A stretch of 64,000 nt of DNA, taken from positions 1 to 64,000 of IMG/VR virus record IMGVR_UViG_2724679557_000005. One strand, 5' to 3'. Below, in pieces: positions 43,099 through 52,485 of the stretch (position 1 is its first letter; the number at the start of each line of letters is the position of its first letter). A model generated the notes under the pieces. The model was given only the letters and a program-made list of their open reading frames with translations. It was not told where the DNA came from and searched no databases. Position numbers and translations under genes: made by a program. The DNA is from a virus. Taxonomy: Duplodnaviria; Caudoviricetes.

Positions 43099-43219
43099 TA
43101 GTATTCCTCCAAGTTTTAAAAATTATACTTCTATATTATATCATAATTTAAAGTATAAAATAAAGGTTTGCAAAATAGTGACTTGATATCTATCTTACAA
43201 ACCATAGTATATTTTTATT

Positions 43220-45244
43220 TTATTGCAATTGTTCCTTAAGATTGAGTATTTCATTTGTAATTTCATTAACCAACAATCTACCCTCTTCATCACTCATATC
43301 TTCAATTTCTTTATTTATTATAGTTTTATTAAATTCTAATTTATTTAAAATATATTTATGATTTAGTTCAAAGTTTTTAAAAACATCATCCCATGTCATT
43401 GCATAAATTTCAAATTGCTTGCCACCTCTAACAAGAAATCTCTTTCCTTTATCTTTAAAAGTATCATATAAATCCATAATATCTTCATCAACTCTTTGAC
43501 TTACCATTATAAATTTCCATTTTCTACGACTACTATTAAATCTACCTTCTTTAGATATTAATCTCATATAGTCTTCAATTTGTCTATATATTATTGAGTC
43601 AAGTACAACACTTGGGGCTTTTAACTCAACAATAATATTTTCTTCATCCTCTGTAGCATTTTCAGAATATATACTTCTTGATCTGCACATAAATATGTCT
43701 GGTCTTCTTAATCTTTGAGGATTATCTATTAAATATTTTTCTTCACTTTTATATCCATCCAATATATATGTGTAATTTTCTAATGCTTTTTCAAAATTTT
43801 TATCAGCTGATACAATATTATATTGTTCTCCAAATAACCAATAATTTTCTTCTATAATTTTTTGTATATGATCTCTTTCATTTGTAAAATTAGTCATATC
43901 ATGTACTAAAAACTTAAGTGCTTCTATAACTTTTAATCTATTTTGAATGAGAGAAACAGTTTTAATTATTCTAGATAATGTAGTTTTCCTTAGTACGTCA
44001 TTCAATTGATTTCTTTCTTCTGTAGTTAAACTATTTATACTATCCATAATATTTATAATCCCCTCCCTTTCATCAGTATCCAATAACAAATTAAGAAATC
44101 CAACTATTGTTTTTTTGTGTTCAAAAGGGCCATTAAAAATTTTAGGCTGAATAACATAGATTTCAGTTAAAACTTCTTTTAGATCCTCTTTTTTCATTTC
44201 ACCATATTTGCCAGTCTTAAATTTAGGAAATACGCCTTCCTTCTCTAGTTGTTCTATTTTTTCTGGAGCTTTATCTTTGATATATAATTTTATTTGATCT
44301 TTTAATATATATATAAGTTTATTGTTTAACTCCTTAAAAGTTTTATCCTTTTGTGTCTTTTCATTTAATAATCCAATTTGATTTTCTAATTTATCTGTAG
44401 TTGAATCATCTTCATAAAAATCATCAAAATAGTTAGATTTTACATACATACTATGTGGAAACGCTAAACTCTTTTTATTAAAAGAAGTGAATTTTTTATA
44501 TACTTGAGTATTTTCACTATTTCTAAAATAGAAATAGTACTTTTCTTTAATTTTTCCATTCCATTTAATAAAATTAACCTTAAAATCATAATTATCAATT
44601 GAAAGAGTTAACTCTTTACTAAGTGATTCATCTATAAACGTCATATAATCTAATGATTTACCATCAATCAATATTTCATACTTATTTTCTCTGTTTAAAT
44701 ATAAAAACCAAGCAAATTGATCCTTTAAATATTGAATAAAATTATAATTACTTATATTTTCTTTTGTTAATGAATTTACTCCAGATAAAATTACCGTAGT
44801 CCCAATTTCATCTAAACAAATACATTTATCACTTACATCAAATTCAGTTGCATTTGATTTTAATATTTGTATGCTATATTTTTGATTATTATTACTATCA
44901 TTATAAACAGTATTCCATAATGCTATTTCAGCAAATGAAATAAATGAAAATCTTCCTTTTCCTTTTGATCCATGAATATTACTTTGTCTTTTTATTATTG
45001 ACTTATTAGAATCTAAAACACATTTAAAAGTTTTGTCTAAATCTTCATAAATTATACCTTTACCATTATCTTTTATATATATGCTCTCAATTCCACCTAA
45101 TTCATTTTCATTAAAAGTAATTTCAATTTTATTTGCTCCTGCATCAAATCCATTCCATATATATTCACTTATACATTCATTAAAATCTTGACTTATACCA
45201 AGTTTATTTATACTTTTATTTGTCAATCCTGCTGTGTATTTCAT
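43220..45244 (-). CDS. GHKL (MORC-like) ATPase fused to PD-(D/E)xK nuclease; Shedu-like candidate defence protein
   Basis: EYIWNGFDA, DNGKGI, G.KGKGRFS, GT.V; C-terminal ENYWLFGE, RPDIF, IVELK, QI..Y. Confidence 0.7.
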   Translation of the reverse strand: MKYTAGLTNKSINKLGISQDFNECISEYIWNGFDAGANKIEITFNENELGGIESIYIKDNGKGIIYEDLDKTFKCVLDSNKSIIKRQSNIHGSKGKGRFSFISFAEIALWNTVYNDSNNNQKYSIQILKSNATEFDVSDKCICLDEIGTTVILSGVNSLTKENISNYNFIQYLKDQFAWFLYLNRENKYEILIDGKSLDYMTFIDESLSKELTLSIDNYDFKVNFIKWNGKIKEKYYFYFRNSENTQVYKKFTSFNKKSLAFPHSMYVKSNYFDDFYEDDSTTDKLENQIGLLNEKTQKDKTFKELNNKLIYILKDQIKLYIKDKAPEKIEQLEKEGVFPKFKTGKYGEMKKEDLKEVLTEIYVIQPKIFNGPFEHKKTIVGFLNLLLDTDEREGIINIMDSINSLTTEERNQLNDVLRKTTLSRIIKTVSLIQNRLKVIEALKFLVHDMTNFTNERDHIQKIIEENYWLFGEQYNIVSADKNFEKALENYTYILDGYKSEEKYLIDNPQRLRRPDIFMCRSRSIYSENATEDEENIIVELKAPSVVLDSIIYRQIEDYMRLISKEGRFNSSRRKWKFIMVSQRVDEDIMDLYDTFKDKGKRFLVRGGKQFEIYAMTWDDVFKNFELNHKYILNKLEFNKTIINKEIEDMSDEEGRLLVNEITNEILNLKEQLQ

Positions 45245-45269
45245 TAAGCTACCCCCATTTAATTGTCTA

Positions 45270-45370
45270 TTGTATTTCATTCATAAACCAATTATAATAG
45301 AGGTATATTAAATAGAAATACATTTATAGTGAAACCACATTTGCTTTGCACGGCTAGTGGTTTCTTTTAT
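45270..45370 (+). ncRNA. Putative countertranscript antisense to the GHKL-nuclease leader
   Basis: TTGTAT-17-TATAAT; terminator GAAACCAC...GTGGTTTCTTTT. Confidence 0.55.
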
Positions 45371-45798
45371 TTTATAATACTTATAGTAAATGGACAAGCT
45401 TTCCATAATTTAAAAGTAAAAATGTCTCATATTATTATGTTTATTTTTCATTATGTAATCTTTACATAATGATGAAAAACCGTAGTAAGTATGTTTTTAT
45501 TTCTCAATCTCTTTAACTTAACCATTTTTTAAAATATGTAATATATTAGTCGTGGTATTCCAATAATAATTTTATTATTAAATTAATGTTATTTATAGTT
45601 ATAAAAATAAGGAAGGTGTTAACCTTCCCTAACAAAATTAGTATTTATTAAAATTCAACCTCTTCAAATATTTTATATTCATTACTTTTAATATTCTTAC
45701 AAACATATCCTGTCACATCATCATAATTTATTATATAGCTTTCAATAATCCATTCTTGAAAATTATCATCAGTAATAATATCATTAATGCAAATCATA

Positions 45799-47010
45799 TT
45801 ATCGTTCTCTTTCATTATTATTTGATTTTTCTTGAATATTATCTATAATCTTAAAAACTTCTTTATGCTCTATTCCAAATTTATCACATATATTATTTAT
45901 AGTTTCTTTATATATATTTTTTTCTTTAGTTGTCTTTTCTAATGCATTATACAGCAATCTTTCGTTATATGAATCATCATACTTTTCTAATTGTTTATCT
46001 TGCATATTATAATAGCCTTCTAAATCATCTTCTAATTCTTCAATGTGTTTATCTTTAAGTGTATTTTCTTGTGTAATGGTAAATAACATTTTATCTTGAT
46101 CATGTATTTTATTATTTAATAAATTATTTTCATTTTCTAATTTACTAATTTCTTTTATTAAATTAGAAATATAAACCTTGTTATTTCTATCTAATTTATT
46201 TATTTTCTCTACTAGATCCTTTGTATCTTCATTTTTTTCTATTTCCATCAATGTGTATTCCAAAGCTTTAACTCTCTTCTCTAATAAATAACTATGTTTA
46301 GCATATGCTAATACTTGCCTATCATCTATTAGATCAAGTTTTTTCGTTATTAGAGAGTAATAAGTTTTTATATCCATATGCTTTGCCTTAGAACCTCTTA
46401 CTCCCCTAATAAGATTATTAAATCTTTTATTCATATGCTCTGAGTATTTATCTTGCCAGGTCCTCATTTTTTCAATTCCATCAAAATATTTGTTTGAAGA
46501 TAATTCATATCTATTTTTTTCATTATTATAAAACCTAGGTACTATTAAAGCATGTATATGAGGTGTAGTTTCATCCATGTGTAATGTTGCATATAGACAA
46601 TTCTCACCAAAATGTTTATTTAAAAAGTTAATATTTTCATGTATCCATTCTTCTTTTTCTTGTTGTGGTAAACTATTGTAAAATCCATTTCCAGTAGTTA
46701 ATACAAGGTCTGTTGCTATATTAGCATTACTTCTTATCTTAATTCCATAAACATGATTTTTAACATTTTCAACTATATTGTTGTTGCCTATTAATACTCT
46801 ATTTTTATCTTTTTGTCTTGGATCTGCATTAATCACATCCATTTCTCTTTCCATATGCTTTTGGAAGGCTTCAACCTGACCTAAATCTTTTATCTTTTTA
46901 CCTACTCTAAATACACAAAAATATACATTAGCTCTAGCTCCAGTAATTTTCTTATTATATTTTTCTAATAAATTTTTATTATCTTCAATTGAATAATTCT
47001 TCTGATACAT
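45799..47010 (-). CDS. MobV/Pre family relaxase (plasmid recombination enzyme)
   Basis: HMER, HMDETTPHIH HUH motif, WQD, RG..GS...H; coiled-coil C-terminus. Confidence 0.85.
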   Translation of the reverse strand: MYQKNYSIEDNKNLLEKYNKKITGARANVYFCVFRVGKKIKDLGQVEAFQKHMEREMDVINADPRQKDKNRVLIGNNNIVENVKNHVYGIKIRSNANIATDLVLTTGNGFYNSLPQQEKEEWIHENINFLNKHFGENCLYATLHMDETTPHIHALIVPRFYNNEKNRYELSSNKYFDGIEKMRTWQDKYSEHMNKRFNNLIRGVRGSKAKHMDIKTYYSLITKKLDLIDDRQVLAYAKHSYLLEKRVKALEYTLMEIEKNEDTKDLVEKINKLDRNNKVYISNLIKEISKLENENNLLNNKIHDQDKMLFTITQENTLKDKHIEELEDDLEGYYNMQDKQLEKYDDSYNERLLYNALEKTTKEKNIYKETINNICDKFGIEHKEVFKIIDNIQEKSNNNERER

Positions 47011-48544
47011 CTTTTACAACATCATCTTTTATAATTTCTAGCTTTAGCTTCTCAATCTCACTATCAATATCTATTTTTTTAATATTATTATGGTTAACAT
47101 TAGAAGTAGCTGAATATATATTGCTTGTATATAGAGAGTTTGTATAATATCTATCCTGTATACTTAATATTGGTTGTTTATTACTTGTTATAATTAACAC
47201 TTGGTTATCATCAAGACATCTTAACTCACTATTTTCAAATAGCTTGATTTTAGTTTTAGAATAACTGTGTGTAATATTTTGCTTATTAACATTTGTATTG
47301 CATATAGTTATTTCTTTATTTCCACAAAGATCACTTAAATAATTTGTAGTATCTGAATCAGATAATCCAGGAAGGATTATTTTAGTCTTAAGATTATTTA
47401 GAATTGCTTTCCCATTAGCTACTCCATAGGTTTGAAATAGCTGAGTTATAGATTGTAAGCAAATATTCATGCTTATTTTACGACTTCTTATAGTTGCTAC
47501 ATTTACACTCATATTATTTAACATACCTATATTACCAAATTCATCAAATAGCATAGTTATAGGAAGATTATTTTCTGTATAACTGTCAATTAGCTTGTTT
47601 AATGCTTGGCTGAAGAACGGTGCTATAAATGGTGCCAAATAAGGTGCTTTATTCTCAGGATAGCAAACATATAATATTGTAGGTTCTTCTCTAAATTTTT
47701 CTATATCAAATGTATTTTCAACTCCAACTTGATTTATTCTGTTATCTATAAATAATTTCATATTACTTGCTAATGTTATTTTAATACTACCTTCTGTTCT
47801 ATCAGCTCCAGTAACAGTTTTAAATATATTCCATTGGTTTATACAATCTATATTATTACTGCTATTAAATAAGGAATCTAATTGTTCTGTATCTAGATTA
47901 ATAATTAACTTAAATGCAAACTCTATATTATTAAATGGATATTCCAAATTCTTAGCATAAAGTAAAGCTGCTGCTAAAAGTGGTTCAGCCATCTGTATCC
48001 ATTCTACTCCCCCTGTTTTCTTCCCTGTACTTAGTTCAATTGACAAAGCACCATTAAAAAGAAGAGTTGAAGCTAACTCCACAATTTCGCTATCATCTTT
48101 ACAACTTGTTAATAGATTATATTTTTCACTTGTTCCTGGTGATAGCGGAGAAAATTTCAGTACCTTTCTACCGCAAATCCTTTCCTGGTACTTTGAAGTC
48201 AATTTAAACAGTTCTTCTTTAGGATCTGTTACTATTATACTGCCTTTTATATTATTACTAAGTAAATTAGGAAAGAAAAAAGAACTTGTTTTACCACTTC
48301 CAGTAGGTGCTATAGTAACACTACCTTCAAAGTCAAACTGTTCTTTTAACTGTATATCTTTACTCAATATTAATCCTGTGTTTCCTAAAATATTTTCTAG
48401 TTTATCTTTTGATTCAATATATGCTGTTGCAAGTCTTCCTACCCTATTAGCTTTATTTCTAATAAAATAAGACAATATTTCTCCACTAGCAGCTATACCA
48501 CCAGTAGCTATTGTAAAAATCTTAAGTTGTTCAATTATATCCAT
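46985..48544 (-). CDS. VirD4/TraG-like type IV coupling protein
   Basis: APTGSGKT, TDPK.EL, FDEFGNIG, IRSR.I, QS..QL...YG. Confidence 0.85.
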   Translation of the reverse strand: MDIIEQLKIFTIATGGIAASGEILSYFIRNKANRVGRLATAYIESKDKLENILGNTGLILSKDIQLKEQFDFEGSVTIAPTGSGKTSSFFFPNLLSNNIKGSIIVTDPKEELFKLTSKYQERICGRKVLKFSPLSPGTSEKYNLLTSCKDDSEIVELASTLLFNGALSIELSTGKKTGGVEWIQMAEPLLAAALLYAKNLEYPFNNIEFAFKLIINLDTEQLDSLFNSSNNIDCINQWNIFKTVTGADRTEGSIKITLASNMKLFIDNRINQVGVENTFDIEKFREEPTILYVCYPENKAPYLAPFIAPFFSQALNKLIDSYTENNLPITMLFDEFGNIGMLNNMSVNVATIRSRKISMNICLQSITQLFQTYGVANGKAILNNLKTKIILPGLSDSDTTNYLSDLCGNKEITICNTNVNKQNITHSYSKTKIKLFENSELRCLDDNQVLIITSNKQPILSIQDRYYTNSLYTSNIYSATSNVNHNNIKKIDIDSEIEKLKLEIIKDDVVKDVSEELFN

Positions 48545-48556
48545 AAATACCCCCTA

Positions 48557-48630
48557 TTGATTTTAGAGCAACTTTAAGTTATACTAATATTGCTGTATAG
48601 GTAGTGGCTTAAAGTTGCTGCCTTTTTTAT
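48557..48630 (+). ncRNA. Putative countertranscript in the virD4 leader
   Basis: TTGATT-17-TATACT; terminator GGTAGTGGC..GTTGCTGCCTTTTTT. Confidence 0.5.
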
Positions 48631-48654
48631 TTGATTAAAACTTCAATATCCACA

Positions 48655-48891
48655 CTACATATTCTCCCTATATTTTTTGTATTCTTGAATTATATTTCCC
48701 TTTTTAAAATCTTTTTTATCTTCTTTTTTATAATATAAATCAACTAATTTGTTATAAGTAGATATTAAAATGCTTGCAACCTTCCAACTTGAACTTTCTT
48801 TAATATTGAATTTATTACTACATTCATATTCTGCTTCCATAAAACATAAATCTATATCATCACTAATTCTGTCTAACATATGATCATCCAT
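48655..48891 (-). CDS. Hypothetical protein
   Basis: Tightly packed in rep-virD4 operon. Confidence 0.55.
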   Translation of the reverse strand: MDDHMLDRISDDIDLCFMEAEYECSNKFNIKESSSWKVASILISTYNKLVDLYYKKEDKKDFKKGNIIQEYKKYRENM

Positions 48892-48895
48892 ATTA

Positions 48896-49123
48896 TCAAT
48901 TCCTTTCTAATTCTTTTTCCATAGCCAGTTTCAATTTTTGAGTTTTTTGAGAAGCTATTTTTAGATAATGTTCTATTTCTTTGTATTCACCTTGAATATC
49001 ATGACCAACTATCATAGATTTACAATTTACAGACATATAATAAACAATATTTCTTATAATATCTATGTTATCTTCAACATCTTGTAATTTGTTACATTCT
49101 TCTTTTTCAACATACAATCTCAT
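48896..49123 (-). CDS. Hypothetical protein
   Basis: AGGAGGG RBS. Confidence 0.6.
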   Translation of the reverse strand: MRLYVEKEECNKLQDVEDNIDIIRNIVYYMSVNCKSMIVGHDIQGEYKEIEHYLKIASQKTQKLKLAMEKELERN

Positions 49124-49148
49124 GTATTATCCCTCCTGACTTATTTAA

Positions 49149-49838
49149 TTAAATCAATGCTAACATTCCTTTTAAATCAAAAGTTGATTCTTCATCTATA
49201 TATTCAAGATCATTTTCCCAGCCTAATAATTTATTTTCTAAAGAATCATAATCGTATGATCTTGGCTCAAAGTTATCAAATTTAAGTTTTTTAACAACCT
49301 CTTCTTTATTTGTTTTAGTCTTTGCATAATTACCCTTTAATGCTGCTATAGTATAAGAATATAAATTCTTAGCACCTTTAGATGTAGCATAATTAAATGC
49401 ATTTAGAACTTTATCTATTTTCTCATTAGCAATTTTAAATAAACTCTTTGCTTGCTTTGCTGAAAAACCAAGACTTATAATTTCTTTTACTTCTTCAGTT
49501 ACTTCTGAAAAATCCATTTGACCATCTATATGTTTATTACCGTTTGAATCATTGTGTTTATTATCTAAGAATAAATATTTTAGTAATTTATAAGTATTTT
49601 TCTTACCAGCTTTAGTAATTGAGATATAACCTTTTTTAACTAAAGATTTTAATAATTTAGAAACTTTAGCTCTTCTTTTAGTTTTTAAATCAGACATGAG
49701 TATTTCATAGCTTGGATAAGCATATCCTATAGATACATTATAATAATCAAAGATAAGCTCTAACATATAAGACTCTTCTAAAGATAGGTTTATATCTTTC
49801 TTTACTGCATTTCTAAATTTTAAATAATCTTTAGCCAT
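49149..49838 (-). CDS. Winged-helix replication initiator-like protein
   Basis: AYPSYE.L.......R..V...L..L...GYI, NTY; C-terminal FDNFEPR.YD..LE.KLLGW. Confidence 0.7.
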   Translation of the reverse strand: MAKDYLKFRNAVKKDINLSLEESYMLELIFDYYNVSIGYAYPSYEILMSDLKTKRRAKVSKLLKSLVKKGYISITKAGKKNTYKLLKYLFLDNKHNDSNGNKHIDGQMDFSEVTEEVKEIISLGFSAKQAKSLFKIANEKIDKVLNAFNYATSKGAKNLYSYTIAALKGNYAKTKTNKEEVVKKLKFDNFEPRSYDYDSLENKLLGWENDLEYIDEESTFDLKGMLALI

Positions 49839-49865
49839 TTTTTAGTTTCACCTCTTCTTTTTTCA

Positions 49866-49928
49866 TTTTGCCGTATAAATAATTTTTCTGTATAAATTTA
49901 TATTAAATCTTTTTGCCGTATAAGTCAA
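49866..49928. promoter_or_regulatory. Divergent rep/RHH promoter region with TTTTGCCGTATAA repeats
   Basis: Copies at 49866 and 49911, degenerate copy at 49883; minus-strand TTGACT-17-TAATAT. Confidence 0.6.
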
Positions 49929-49999
49929 CTACTTTTATTATACTTTTAATTTATTTTATGATATAATTAAATTATAAAATAATACATGGAGTTGAGATT

Positions 50000-50158
50000 G
50001 TGGAGAAAAAAGTATCTAAAAATGAAAATAGAGAAAAACTAACTGTTCTTATAGATAAAGATATAAAGAAAGACATGAAAAAAGAAATTGTAGATCTTGA
50101 TTGTTCTATGGGTGAATTTATAGAGAGTTTATATGAATCTTATAAAAAGAAAAAATAG
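50000..50158 (+). CDS. 52-aa ribbon-helix-helix (CopG/ParG-like) protein (not in ORF track)
   Basis: GTG start; REKLTVLIDKDIKKDMK...SMGEFIESL; followed by terminator. Confidence 0.6.
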   Translation: MEKKVSKNENREKLTVLIDKDIKKDMKKEIVDLDCSMGEFIESLYESYKKKK

Positions 50159-50262
50159 ATGTATTGGGGGTTAATCCAATACATCTATTTTTTTATTTTC
50201 TATAATAAATACAACTATTTAAAATAAAAAAACTAAGAGATAAAAATATAATCTCCTAGTTT

Positions 50263-50523
50263 TTATTTGATTGCTTTTAATTTCGCTATATCTTGCCAAT
50301 TCTTAGCTGTTACAGCTTCAACTGTATTTATATCACTCTTGATGCTAGTAATATCTTCTGCTGTTCTAGCTACTTGGTTATATGTTATATCAATTTTATT
50401 TTCGATTCTTCTTTGACCATCTTTTAATTCTTTAATATCTTGTGTATTTTCATCAATCTTTAATTCCAATGATCTAATACTGTGTTTTACTTCCCTTAAT
50501 AGTTCTAAAATCTCATTTTCCAT
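50263..50523 (-). CDS. Coiled-coil hypothetical protein
   Basis: AGAGGTG RBS; heptad pattern. Confidence 0.65.
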   Translation of the reverse strand: MENEILELLREVKHSIRSLELKIDENTQDIKELKDGQRRIENKIDITYNQVARTAEDITSIKSDINTVEAVTAKNWQDIAKLKAIK

Positions 50524-50654
50524 AACAACACCTCTTTGTTATTATAGCATAAAACTATTTATTATACAGATCTCTATCAAATTATTTTTATATGCAGTGT
50601 TAATATATATAATTAATATAATTTAATTAATATAAAACTAAGTAATATATGAAA

Positions 50655-50741
50655 TTCCAAAAGTGAAACTCATATGGAATTCTAAAAACGAAACTTATTT
50701 AAGGTACACTTTTGGAACTTATTTAGGTTTCTATTTTAGAA
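50655..50741. repeat. Four iteron-like repeats (2 direct + 2 inverted) beside an AT-rich tract; putative origin
   Basis: TTCCAAAAGTGAAACT, TTCTAAAAACGAAACT, rc TTCCAAAAGTGTACCT, rc TTCTAAAATAGAAACCT. Confidence 0.6.
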
Positions 50742-50840
50742 CTAAAAAACAGCAAGCATTTTACTTACTGTTATTTTTATTGTTGTTATGACATTACAAC
50801 TAAAGTAAATGCCAGGAACATCAATATTCTTGGCATTTGT

Positions 50841-51509
50841 TTATTTTAAATTAAATTGTGCTTTTAAATCCATACTATCGTTAGTAAAAGTAAAATTAGC
50901 ATTTGATCCATCCTTACTAATATATGAATACAATTTAGCAGTAGAATCCATTATTTTAGTTTCTGATGTTAATTCTCCTTCTCCTAATATCCCTTTAACT
51001 TGATCATATGTCATTCCATTTTGTATTTGATTATATAAATCCATTGTAATATTTGCATTAGGTTTTTGTAAGAAAGCTTGAGCTTTTGCTGTAACAGCTC
51101 CATTTTGAATTGTTACGTTCATATTTCCCATACCAGAACCTTTCCATTCATACAAAGTTGTTTTTATACCTGCTAATTCATTTGATGAACTTTCTTTACC
51201 TTCTCCAAGTAATGCAACTACTTCTTCATATGATTGTCCCATTTGTATGTTTAGAAAGTTTTCATATGTTATTTTAGTATCTTCTTTCTTGGTTTCTACT
51301 TTATTTGAAGATGCTGCTTCTGTTGAACTATTATTATTACTATTAGCTCCAGAACCTGCTGCTCCAATTAAAACAATCACTACTATAAACCATACCCACC
51401 ATTTCTTATAGAAAGGTTTCTTATTTTTTGCACCACAACCTGGGCAAGCTTTTGCACTTGAAGCTATATCAGCTCCACATGTTTTACATTTAATCATTTT
51501 TGACATCAT
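50841..51509 (-). CDS. Zinc-ribbon + TM + tandem BLIP-like (DUF3862-like) membrane protein
   Basis: CKTCG...CPGCG, KKPFYKKWW TM, two IT...Y..IQ.GM.Y..V..LLGEG repeats. Confidence 0.7.
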   Translation of the reverse strand: MMSKMIKCKTCGADIASSAKACPGCGAKNKKPFYKKWWVWFIVVIVLIGAAGSGANSNNNSSTEAASSNKVETKKEDTKITYENFLNIQMGQSYEEVVALLGEGKESSSNELAGIKTTLYEWKGSGMGNMNVTIQNGAVTAKAQAFLQKPNANITMDLYNQIQNGMTYDQVKGILGEGELTSETKIMDSTAKLYSYISKDGSNANFTFTNDSMDLKAQFNLK

Positions 51510-51683
51510 TATTTCCCCTTTTTCTAATTTATAGTATTATTGTACATTATTTGCACTTTATTGTAAAATAATCTAATAGTTGTAATAGTTGTTTTTGAGT
51601 AAAAAAATAAAACAGTAAGTATTTTTTATAATTCCTTACCGTTTTATTGAAAATTGCAATTAATATCAATATATATAACAATT

Positions 51684-52445
51684 TTAGTTAATTAAAGTTG
51701 AAGCTTTAGATGCAGTTTTTATTGTTGCATATTCTGAAAAGCTTTCACTTGATTTTAAATATTCATTTCCTTTTATTGAAATTGCTTTTACTATTCCAAT
51801 AGTATCAATTTTTTCTTTGACATTAAATAGTACTAAAATTTTTGTTCCTTTTATCTTGCCATTTTGATATTCTTTCATGCCATTTTTAATTACTATTTTA
51901 CTATTTCCACTTTCTAATTCAAATTTTCCACCTATATCATTCACAATATTGCTAACCATATACAATCCAAATCCAGAATTTTGCCAAACATCATCTCTAA
52001 GAGGATCCTTTTTCCAACTTTTTGTTATACCTGGTCTTACTGCAAATGCTAATGCAGTTTTATTGTCCTTTACAGAATACATAGGATTACTATTCAAACT
52101 TTTTTTAATACCTATTCCATTATCAATGACTTCAAAACCAAAATCACCAAATTCATTAGAATACAAGGATAAGTTAAAATTTTCAGCTTCACTATGTTCA
52201 ACTACATTTCTCATTATTTCTCTCATTAGATATGCACAAAAATTTCTATATTTAATATTAAAATTATAATTTTCTAATAGTACTTTAGCCATTTTTTCTA
52301 TAGTTTCGCCTACATACTCCATATTTTTATATGAGTCTTTTTTTAGATTTTCAACATGGAATTTAAAGTGGTTATCTAAATTTAAAACAATTTTACCTTT
52401 AATACCTTTAATACTTTTATTAATTGATTTATCTGAAATTACCAT
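51684..52445 (-). CDS. HATPase (anti-sigma/histidine kinase-like ATPase) protein
   Basis: EIMRNVVEHS, DNGIGI, NSGFGLY, GT. Confidence 0.75.
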   Translation of the reverse strand: MVISDKSINKSIKGIKGKIVLNLDNHFKFHVENLKKDSYKNMEYVGETIEKMAKVLLENYNFNIKYRNFCAYLMREIMRNVVEHSEAENFNLSLYSNEFGDFGFEVIDNGIGIKKSLNSNPMYSVKDNKTALAFAVRPGITKSWKKDPLRDDVWQNSGFGLYMVSNIVNDIGGKFELESGNSKIVIKNGMKEYQNGKIKGTKILVLFNVKEKIDTIGIVKAISIKGNEYLKSSESFSEYATIKTASKASTLIN

Positions 52446-52485
52446 ATATCCAACCTCCTAATATATATTATATATCAGACTATTA

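Noticed and set aside
45650-45797. Tiny minus-strand ORFs after mob
   Set aside because: 25 aa or less, no recognisable features; possibly a decayed gene but unsupported.
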